Origin: Eledone cirrhosa
Taxonomy: Eukaryota
Length of the DNA: 64,000 nucleotides
Direction of reading: 5' to 3'
NCBI GenBank assembly: GCA_964016885.1
Contig: OZ024758.1
Span: 5,332,001-5,396,000 of the forward strand
This document shows positions 36,982 through 48,800 of this stretch, in pieces; position 1 is the stretch's first letter, and each line of letters begins with the position of its first letter. Under the pieces are notes generated by a model. It made no database searches, was not told where the DNA came from, and worked only from the letters and a program-made list of their open reading frames with translations. Position numbers and translations under genes: made by a program.

Positions 36982-39657
36982 CTCCAGCAAAATTATATTT
37001 TAAGTGGTAGCATTCCTGCAACAATTTTCTTTACACATTAAAAAACAAACGACAAAAAAAGTACATTACTAGAAATCCTATGTTATAAAATAGATATGAT
37101 GGGTTGGGGTCTTAATATGTAAACTAAATTACTAATTCTGTTGTTTTTTTTTATATCAACAGACAACCTAGAAAAATTACTGATTTTCCAACCCCACCAC
37201 TTATTCCACCTATTATTTGGGACCCAAGAGTACAGTATGGACTAGGGGCTTAGGTGGAGGTGACAGACCTATATACAGTTCTCCTTCCATCATTTTAGTC
37301 AAGGACAATATCATCAAAAACAATGTCTGAGGTGGACATCTCTGTGGGATCACTCAATCTGTTAGAAATAGCAGCCAGCTACTGTATACAATTGTATATA
37401 AGCTGAGAATTGTGACAAAACAATTGATGGTAAAATGTGGGGTGGACTTACATTACGTTATATTTTCACAGTAAAGGCTTTACCTAAAATAATTATCTCA
37501 CATAATATTGAATTACACCAGTTTCACTTTTGTGGACAGCCTATGAACTTTCCAGCTGACTCATTTACAAAGAAAGAAATTTATATCAAATATTTGCCTA
37601 CGCCATATTTGACTAAATAGAATTAGTCTGTTAGTTGGGACTTTAAAAAACCCTCTGAATGAAAAAAATGAGTATTGACGTATATGGCACACAAACCCAC
37701 ATCTTTGGTTTGCCGGACCAATGTGTACCATTACACAAATATGGCAAACCAAAGATGTGGGTTCGTATCCCATATACGTCAATACCCACCCTTTTTTCCA
37801 TTCAGGTTTTTTTTTAAATCCCAACTAACAGACTAATTCTATTTAATCAAATACAGTGTAAGCATATGTTACTACCTAATTTTCAAATTCATTAGCTGTT
37901 TCTAAACAAAGCCTGTTTTGTATATTAAATGATATTTTTACTTTTTTTTTTTTTCAGGGCAAGAATATAATCAACACATGCTGTGAACTGCAAGTTAAAC
38001 ATGTCATCTACAGTGGTTTAGAAAGTGCAGTCCGTATCAGTGGTCTGGTGTGTGATCATTTTGATGGCAAGGCTGAAGTTGAAGAATATATAAAAAACAG
38101 TGGAGTTAATAAATACACCATTATTAGATTACCTTGGTATTATGAGAATCTTTATGAGAACACTCCACCAAAGAAAATATCAGAGAATCGCTATAAACTA
38201 CGTAAGACCATCATCCTCAAAATTCTTTATATATTTCTCCACATATTATGTAATATTATATGATACAAGGGTCAACTGAAAAGTTTAGTGACCAAGATAC
38301 TCTCATGGAATGACCAAATGAGGCTTTTTCAACATAGACCCTGGAAAGAAACAATGCAGTTATTAATGCATGCAAGATTTCACAGCTCTAGCTATGAACT
38401 TTTCAGCTCACCCTCAGAGAATGTAATGAGTCCAGAACCTGTTATTTCTTATTTATATTTTTTTTTTCCTTTACATAACTAATATCTTTCAAAAAAACAA
38501 TTTTTCCACATATGTAATATTTATATAATACAAGGGTCAACTGAAAGGTTTATTGTGACCAAGATAATCTCATGGAATGACCAAATGAGGTTTATTTTTC
38601 AACATAGACTGAGCAGCCCTATGTCTAATTTTTTCAGTCAATTCAACATTATCTCCTAGTCTTAAGTCACTTTTAGTGGAGCTCAGTCTGCAACATCACA
38701 ATGGCTTCACCAATCAACTGGTACTTTATTCAACCCTTTAGCATTTTACATTACTCTATATTTTCATAGTGAAGGCTTTATCTCACATATGGAAGATTTT
38801 GATATTTATTTTAAGAGCAATACCTTAATGTCAGTATGAGTGGCCGGTTTGAAGACTGAGGTGAGAGAATTATGGCCAGGGTTAAGCAGATCCTGTCATA
38901 AAATACTGGCTTATATGTTCTAAAGATGAGAAAATGAATGAAGTTTTTTTTTTTTTTCAGCAATTCCCATTGGTAATTCTTATATGTATGGGATTAGTGT
39001 GGATGAAATTGGTGAATGTATTCATTCCATATTTAACAACACTGAGAAATACCATGGCAAAACAATTGGATTAGCTGCAGATCAGTTCTTTATATATACC
39101 TGTTGCAAGATCCTCACAAAACACCTGGATCCACTGGAATTTATCCATGCACAGGTAAGTCATTTCAAAGAGTTCAACAGAGAAAATATAAAATACTTTA
39201 TATTTACTACTACTATCAAATCTATGAGATTTTGATAAAACATCAGTATGAGCAGCCAGTTTAAACAAAGAAATGAGGGAATTCTGGTCAGATTAAAAGG
39301 GTTAACCGTTTAGCATTCATATTACTTTATATTTATAGTAAACACTTTATCTCACATAGTATCGTATCTGAGATTTTGAGAACAATACCTTAATGTCAGG
39401 AGAAAGAATCAGAAGTTCTTTTAAATTCTCTTTAATTCCAGATCTCTTGTGATGAATATGAAGACAAAAATCAAATAATTCCAGGAGTGAAAGAATTGTC
39501 AAATATGTTCCGGTTTTATAAACAGGCTCGATGTGACCGCAATATAGAACAATCTCGAGAATTGAACCCTAAACTTTCCAACTTGGATGACTGGGTGAAG
39601 CAGAATAAAGAAAAACTTCTCAAAGCTCTTGAAGAAAATGATAAATTATCAACATAA
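34225..39657 (+). CDS. NMRAL1: NmrA-like family domain-containing protein (NMRAL1/HSCARG-like), 329 aa, 5 exons
   Basis: Exons 34225-34432, 36660-36787, 37958-38201, 38961-39154, 39442-39657; all GT-AG, phases 1/0/1/0, 990 nt. Motifs ITVFGATGMQGGSVVRAL, GAWGCFAVTDYFE, HFDGKAEVEEY, RLPWYYEN, ELSNMFRFY. Strict orthology versus a paralog is not tested. Confidence 0.92.
37590..37915. repeat. Head-to-head inverted pair of the tRNA(GGC)-headed repeat in NmrA-like intron 2
   Basis: ~37600-37713 is the reverse complement of ~37743-37860; both match 12960-13150. Confidence 0.75.
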
Positions 39658-39837
39658 AGGGAGCTTTATCAACCATTTTGACTGAAACTTTACCAATACT
39701 GGAAAAAAAGCATGTATAAATATTATTTTACAATGGCAATAAATAGAAAGACAAAAAGTTACAAGATGTGTTTTATAAAAATTTTTTTATATATATTTAT
39801 TATATACAAGTCTAGCTCATTCATAGAGCAGAATATT

Positions 39838-42800
39838 TCAGTCACTCTCGGGCTCAGCTTTTACTTTTTTTTTCTTTTTCTTCTTCTTCTTTACTTCTGT
39901 AGGTTCATCCTTATCTATAAGTAAGATATATATAAATATTAATACATTATATAAAAAAAAAAATTCTCAAATAATCGCCCCCACCGCCACTTTTTAAACC
40001 ACCAATATTCCTGTTTTGCTAAATACATGATAAAAAGAAGTACATTACTAGAAATCCTGTTATAAAATAAATATGATGGGTTGGGGTCTCAATATGTAAA
40101 CTAAACAACTAATTCTGGTTTTTAAAAAAATCCCTCAAGTCACAACCTAGAAAAATTACCAATTTTCCACCGCCACCACCCCCATTATTTGGGACCTGAA
40201 AGTATCTATTCACAGTAGAGACATGAAGGTAGCTTTTAAAGAGTATAAGATTTGTCATCAGACTAGGGTGATGGATAAGTGTCATCATAAGCAGAAACAC
40301 TTCAATGGGTTAAGTTCATCATTTGACATATCTTTACAAAATTACCTCCACGATCAAATATAAAATTTTTAGAAATATTATAATACATACCGGCCTCCTC
40401 TGGTTCAGATTTCACTTCTGTCTTCACTGTTTCTTAAAAAGAAACAAAATGTAAATATATAAAAACATACAAGGATTGGTTAAAAAGTTCATAGGCTGAC
40501 CAAAACACCCATGGAATGACCAAATGAGGTTTATTTTTTAACATACAAAGGTCGGTTAAAAGGTTCATAAGCTGACGGAATGAATAAATGGGGTTTATTT
40601 TTCAACATACATTATTTTACCTGTTCCAGCTGAGGCCATGCTGGAACACTGCCCTTGCCCTCGTATATGCAGGTAATTTTGACATTTATGAAACTATGAT
40701 AGTTTTTCATCAAGGTATTTTTTGAAAAGTATTTCGTCCTCAAGGAAACCACTCCTATACTCTATGGTATTTGGTTTTATAAGTTTGAGTTTCTAGCAAT
40801 AGAAACTGTTATAAAATAACTCAAATATAAGCAGACTCCACTATTGTATGTCAGAAATGGGCAAAATTCCAAACCTTATTTACTAGAATTTCAAGTTTGG
40901 TGAAAATTGTCAAAATATTGACCCCCCAAATATAAGCCAAATCCCTTCTACAATCGTTTTTGGGGTCACATATTCTTCAGCATATATATATTCAAGTATA
41001 TAAGGTAAGTTTTAAATAAGAATTTTACATCAATAAAAAATATCTTTACTTACCAGATTGATCAACCTTTCGTTTCTTGGAAGAAATACCTTCTGTAAGA
41101 CTTTCATCGAATTTTCTCTTTTTACCTTTACTTAATGTTGAATCTTGGCCCTCATCATATTTCTTAACAACACTGGAAGATGAATGGAATAACTTCTTAA
41201 ACTCAGATTACAAATTACAAAACAACTGATCTTTAAAGAGAGGTTTAAAATGTTTGAGAGATTTCCAGCGAAAAGTACAATATAAGATATACTCTCGAGG
41301 ATTGCAATCAGTTTTATTTAGCATTTTCTGTTTTACTGAAGAAACAAACTTCAGCTGTTAAGTATAGAAAATGCATTCTCCCTATTTAAAAGGATTTCAC
41401 AACACTTGTAACAAAATACAGTATTTCTATTTTAATGATCAAAAATCAAATGAATTTAGTAAAAAAGAAAGTTTAAACGCTAAAATGTTCAATGTCGTTC
41501 AAGATACTTGGTGTACAATCATCATGTCATTATTTTTAATCCCCAGACTGGGTTGTGTTGCATTCTTGAGCAAAACCACTTCATTTCACATTGCTACAGT
41601 TCACACAGCTGCAAATGAGTACCAGCAGTAGCAGGGAAGTTAAACCTGCGATAGACCACCATCCTATTCAGGGAGAGTGTTGTACTCTGTCGCTTAACGC
41701 CATGAAAACCAGTTGCCTGATGAACTTTCGGCTTAATTACAACAGACTTAATAAAGTTATTATATAAGTTTTAAACAGTTTTGGCTGGGTTGGTAACTAA
41801 AGATTTTGCTCAGGATGGTAACTAAAGGGTTAATTAAAATCAACTCACCTTTTATTTTCATATTTATCAAATGTTTTTCCTTTTCCGAGTCCACTTAACC
41901 GCCGTGACTGAAAAATAGAAATAATAGTGAGGAACCCCAATAAAACCAGAGACTTTTATAAAATTATACTAAAACAAGTTAAGACGCTCTGTAATTAAAG
42001 AATTGGATTCCCAATCATGAGGTTGAGAGTTCAATTCTCAGGCCGGGAGATCCTTGAGCAAGATAATTTATTCTACGCTGCTGCTCCTGCCAAGAGTTTC
42101 AACCAATAGATAGTATCAGCATTTGGAAAACCCAATGGAAACATTCTTTCTTAGGTCCGATCTGACAAGTTCCACCCCACTAGATAAAATATCTGGGGTC
42201 ATACTGAAAAAAAAAAATCAAACAATGAAATACTTACATTTCCTTCTTCCATTAATTTTAACCGTTTTTCAACTTTTGCTCTTTGTGCAATTCCTAGTTC
42301 GGCGCTGTCATCTTCACCAAGGGCATCATATCTCACAGCTAACGATACTTTAGCAGCAAGAGACCGGGAAATCTGGAATAACAATACTCAGACTGAAATA
42401 TACCTTCATCACAATTCTCTACACCAAAGAATTACTTTTACTTGAAGTCTACCAGAGGACAATTATAACAACTGGGCCCAAGAAGGGGGTAGGTGTAAAA
42501 GCCAAACTCATTGTCTTCAATTCGGTTTTCCTGCCAACCCTCAACTATGGTCGTGGATCTTGGTTAATGACCGAAAGAATATAAGTGGCCAAAATACTCC
42601 GAAGGGTCTTTGGAGTAATGTTACCCGATAAAATGTGTAGTTATGAGATCAATCACTCCAGGTAGAACTGCTACCTCTCCGAATGGAAAGATCACAGGTC
42701 CAATATTACAGGCATGTGGTTAGAGTGTCTTGGGAAAGAATCGGACAGATTTTACAGGCAAGAGAACCTGGGTTAGATCTTAAGCAACATGGCTGGATAA

Positions 42801-45800
42801 GGTATATGAGCTTGGCTGGTCACGCTTGGGGATCAAGCCAGATCAGTTGGAGACTGTTGCTTCTGACAGGACCCACTGAAAGGAGTGTTTGAGGCCCCTA
42901 CGACCCTTGTAGGAATAAGTGGACAAAGAAGGGCACAAATTGTCAACCGCCTCACAGTGGGGTCTGGAAACCGATCCCTGATCACTATCAGGCAATCAAC
43001 AACATGGGACAGCAACAGTCTAAGAACAATTTAATGTAAAGACACAAAAACGAAGTTCAACACAGACTCTAGTATGTGACTGTTTTAACCCTTTAGTTAC
43101 CAACCCGGCCAAAACTAGCTCTGGTTCTAAGAAATAATGCCCTCCATCATCATTATCACCGGTTAACATTCATTTTCCATGCTGGCATAGGTTAGACAGG
43201 TTGTCCCGTAAGACCTGTCAGATCAGGTGATTATATACAATATGGTAACTTACCCTTCCTTTTAGCTTAGCATTGGTCTGTGAAACAAGGGATGCATGGT
43301 ATATAAGTCCATACTTTGGTGTGTCATGCATCGATTTAATTGCTTTAAATAAAGCTTTTTCAGCTCCTAATATCTGTACAGTGGAGGACGGGTGTTTGGC
43401 TAAATTCAGCAGAGAACCTAGAAACAGAAAAAAATACTAATTTCAATACAAACTTCACTCAGTTAAATATTTTTACAATGTTTCAGTTAAATTCCAATTT
43501 AAAATAAGTTTTAACCCTTTAACATTTACATTACTCTATATATACTATTATGTTTTCACAGTAAAGGCTTTACCTCACATAATATTGAACCTATATGATT
43601 TGATATTTATTTTGAGAACAATACCTTAACATCAGTATGAGCAGCCAGTTACAGCTGGTTTGAACAGAAAGAGGTGAAAGAATTCTGGCAGGATACGGCC
43701 AGTTTGAATGTTAAAGGGTAAAAATAATTAGAATACACAAAACTTATATCATAACCTCTATGCGGTTGCTACATCTGCTAAAAGTGGCAGCCTATTCTCC
43801 CTCAAATCACACCCTAATGTATTACAAAGGGAAGAGGACACGTTGGATTAATGTGGACCTGGGTACACACTACCTGATAAAAAGATAGTTTGGTCTTGGT
43901 TCTTAACCCTTTAGCATTTATATTACTCTATATATACTATTTATATATACTATTTACTATATATACTATTTACTATATATACTATCGTTTTTTCACAGTA
44001 AAGGAAGGCTTTACCTCACATAATATCGAATCTATGAGAATTTGATATTATATTGAGAACAATATGTTAACATCAGTATGAGCAGCCAGATACAGCCAGT
44101 TTAAGATGCTAAAGACGTACCTGCGTGTGCTATCAATCTGGCACCAACATGTTCACCAACAAGGACAGTTAGATTTGGTGCAATTGCTACCATACGGTTT
44201 TTTAAATAATCATACAGCGTCGTTCGATATTCAGAGATTTCAATGATCTGAAATACAAATAAAACCACTTTAAACATTCTGAAGGATCCAGTGCCAAGCG
44301 ACACAATTCATTTAAAAAGAAAACAAAAAAAAAACAATCACATACAGAGTAACTTCCTCCTTGATACATGAAAAAAAAATCCCAAGCAAGCTAAAAGTTA
44401 CGAAAACGGGAAGGAATACAAATAGTCGAATAGCTGCAAGTAATGCAAGTAATGCAAGTAATTAATAGATTCCTCAACATTCAGATGGGTTCTAGATATC
44501 TAACCTAAGATTAGTTCAGCTATATTCTAATGAACAGTTTATGGCAGTAAAGTCTTTTAATGTTTGTCATCTATTTTCAACTCCTTTAGACATTAGATCA
44601 GTCTCCCAGCAGTGTTTTACATTCAACAGTAAACTAATGACATACCTGTTTACATAACAGGTAATATAGTAAACAACAAGTCAACTATTAACATACTTGT
44701 TTATATAACAGGTAATATAACCCATGCTAACGTGGAAGATAGACATTAACATACCTGTGTACACAACTGTTTTATATTAACTATATCCTCTTCTGTTATC
44801 TCTGTACCCATTGAAATCTCAGCTGTAGATTTCAGTTCCTCTTCAACCTCTTCAGGAAGAATGAAAGAGAAGTCTAAATTCACAGCATTGGTCCTATCAC
44901 CTAAGATAAAACAAAGAATTGTAGTGAACATCTTGTACATTAGTAAAACTTAATTAGTCAAACAAATTACACAGAATGATTCATAAATATGTCTTTAAAA
45001 ATATCACTTACCCATTATGTTGACAACTTTAGCAAATGCAAGATTGTCCAGCACTATTTTAGATAATTCTGGAAAATGCCAACCATACCATTCTTTAGCC
45101 CTCATTACATAGTTATTGAGTTCTTTGTCTAAATCATCTAGTAGTGCTGCAAATAAATATAAAAACATTATCATTTTTTTTTCAAAATGACAAAGAGAAA
45201 AATTAATTTAAGGGTTAAGAGTCCTTCCAACCCTTTGTTCAGCAAGCTTTCTATAGTTGGATGCCCTTCCTAACACCAGGTCACCAACACTAGGGAAGCT
45301 GTCATCTGATAGTCCTCACAACCCTATCTGTATTAACCCATTAGCATTTAAACCAGCCATAACTGGCCACACATACTGATGTTAAGGTATTGTTCTCAAA
45401 ACAAATATCAAAATCTCAAAGTCGATATTATGTGAGATAATTATTTAAGATAAAGCTTTACCACGAAAATACAATAGTATAATATAGAGTAATGTAAATG
45501 CTAAAGGGTTAAATAAACATTTTACATCAAAAGAAAAATTAATTTAAAACCTTTTTGACCCTTTAGCATTTACATTATATATACTATTGTATTTTCACAT
45601 ATTGAGAACAATACCGTAACACCAGTATGAGTAGCCAGTTTGAACAGAAAGTGGTGACAGAATTCTGGCCAGATATGGCTGGTTTAAATGCTAAAGGGTT
45701 AAATGGATATTTTATTCTTTAACTATAACTAGGAAACTATCAAATGTTGACCATCTGTTAAAACACACACTAGACAGATATATACTTACTTATTGCTTGG

Positions 45801-48800
45801 ACAATCATTGTGTCAACTTTATCTGGACTAAACTTCAACTTATATCTTGAGAGACTGAAAAGAAAAATGAAAACATTAACTACCTGGATAGGAACACAGC
45901 GCCACCTCAAATACATTTCCAAACCAACACTTAACCTTTATTCTACATACTATCGAATCTTAGATTTTTTAATATTTATTTTGAGAACAATACCTTAACA
46001 TCAGTATGAGTGGCCAGTTACAGCCAGTTTGAGCAGAAAGAGGTGAGAGAATTCTGGCAGGATATGGTCGGTTTAATCCTTTAACATTTACATTAGTCTA
46101 TCTCTACTATTGTTTTCACAGTAAACACTTAACTCCTATAATTTTCACATATCGAATCTATGAGATTTTGATATTATTTATTTTGAGGACAATACCTTTA
46201 TGTCAGTATGAGCAACCAGTTATGGCCGGTTTAAACAGAAAGAGGTGAGAGAATTCTGGCCGGATAGGGCCGGTTTAAATGCTAAAGGGATAAAGTACCA
46301 TACCAATGTCTCAGTGGTAGTGACGAACAGTAGATTCATCAAGGAATAACATTAAGATTATTGTCTTCATCATAGACACTGGTTTCACACACATCATATC
46401 AAATATGGGACAACAATATTATTGAAAACAAGAATACTAGAAAAGTTAAATGGTTTCTGATTTAGGCATAGGACCAATAATTTGGGGAGGAGGGATGTAA
46501 CTATATGCTGCAATGCCAATTGACAAATAATTAAAAGATTAAACTGAGCTTAATTTACTTCATCAGACGAGTCATTTTCACATATACCCAGCATGGCTTT
46601 AACTGGACCCCAGCGATGTGGGATCAGATGATGCATGGGAGCCCATGTGCAGGCTAACTTGTAGCCCCAGTGGATAGAATGGAGAGAACATTGCTCCAAG
46701 AGATGACAAGACTCAGATGCTCTTCCAGACATGCAGAGATACAGTTGTTACCTACTTTTAACCATCTATTCAACACAATCTTGCACTACCTCGTTTAACA
46801 TCCATCTTCCACGCTAGCATGGGTTAGACAGGAATTGTCCCACTTGAGCAAGATTGATCGGGTGACCGTGTCTCGCTCGTATAGACCTCTATCTGGCAGG
46901 TTTTCAACGGATGGATGCACTTCCTAAAATCAACCACATTTATAGTGTGGACTCTAACCCTAACCCAAATCCATTATTTCAAATAATTTTAGTTTAATTT
47001 CAAATACAATGGAAGATTTAGGGATAGGGGAAAAGTCAATTAAATCGAGCCCAGTGCTAACCTAAATCATGTCAGGCATTCCACTAACCCACAGACCTTC
47101 ACCCAATAACCTAGAGTAATCATTTGTTTCCTATGGAAGCAGTAAACCAATGTCTCAGTGGTAGTGACGAACAATAGATTCATCAAGGAATAACATTATG
47201 ATTATTGTCTTCATCATAGACACTGGTTGAACATGCTTCTCATAAGGGTCATCCCTGACTATGAAGAAGTGATGCTAGAACAGTGACATCTTGCATGCAT
47301 TGATTTCAACTCTTATTAAATAATTAGTTTCTAGTGGTTGAAAAATAAATCTCATTTGGTCATTCCACGAGAGTATCTTGGTCAGCCTTTGAACTTTATG
47401 TCGACCCTTGTATTACATAATAATTTAGCTGATCTTTAAAAAAATACATTGTTAAATATTAAAGTTGATATAAAAAGGGTTACCTGTGAGCTAAACCTAT
47501 ATTCATAGCTGCCACCTCTTTACTTGTGACCCCAGTTAGTAGATTATCTGCCTGCATTCGAATACATCGGAACAATTCGGTGACACTTGAATTGCACACA
47601 CAAGGTATATCAAATTTTTCCTATGGAGAAAGAAAACAAAACAAAGAAATATATATATAAGAAATAAAACCACATTAGCAAAGCAATCTTGAAAGTACAA
47701 TACAGCATTGCATGACATTAAAAATTTAATTTATTTCACAATCCATCAACTAGTAAAGTTACTCTAATCTAAATGAAGTTTCTAGATATTTTCTGTTAAA
47801 TCATTGCAGGATGCTCAGAGTTAATCGCAAATATATTTTTCCAATCAAAGCTCTTTAAAACCTAATATAGATTAGTTACTAAGACATCAATCAACAAAAA
47901 CTACCAAAAATACAAACCTTAATCAAATTGCCCATCTTAGCATCAGCCACTATCAGTTCTTCTGTGGCATCTTTTACAAGGGTTTTCTTGAGAAATTTCT
48001 TTAAGTCGCTGCATAACTTGCTTTCCACAGAGGCCGTAATTGCTATAAGAGAAATAAATAATGTACAATCAAAAGTTACAGAAACCATTCTATAGTTTAG
48101 AGCAGGTAAAATTAATTCAGGCTGTGTTATACAAGACTGCTATCGCCGAAATTTGGCCCCCAACAGTACAACTGTCAGAAAGTGAAATTTAAAAAAAGAT
48201 GTTTATGAATGGCAAGAGAACTTATAATGTAGTTTGTAGTAACAAACTTCCAAACTTAACCCTTTAGCATTTAAACTGGCCGTATCTGGCTAGAATTCTC
48301 CTGTTCAAACTGGTTGCAACCAGCCACTCATACCAATGTATGAGTACCTTGAAATAAATAATATCAAAATCTCATAGCTTCGATATTATGTGGAATAAAG
48401 CCTTTACCACAAAAATGAAGTAAATGCTAAAGGGTTAACCCACAAAAACTATATCCCATCACTGAAATGTTTATTCTTCCACTAATGCTTCCCCTCACTG
48501 GCTTGAAAGGAAAGTAGTTGTGATGGCATGACTCAATGGGAAAATATAAGGTCTAAAAAGATTGTAGAAAACCTTAGAACAGAATTAATCAGTGACTACG
48601 CAGTCATTAGACATGTTAGAAAGAACAGTTTTGCCATTCAAGCCCGATACTATTATAGTGACCTTGCAGTAGAAATGAGAGATGTCAACAAAGAAACTCA
48701 CCAGCAAGACCTTTAGTTGTGTCTTCAAATTTTTGGAAATATTTCAACTTTAATCTACAAAAAAAAAAAAAAAAAAAAAAATTATTTCCAATAATCAACA

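Noticed and set aside
42388-42412. C box (GTGATGA) and D box (CTGA) on the minus strand in NOP58 intron 10
   Set aside because: Only ~25 nt span, no terminal stem, and overlaps the branch/acceptor region.
46954-46966. CTAACCCTAACCC as telomerase template or telomeric seed
   Set aside because: Only two units, at a SINE boundary, with no supporting structure.
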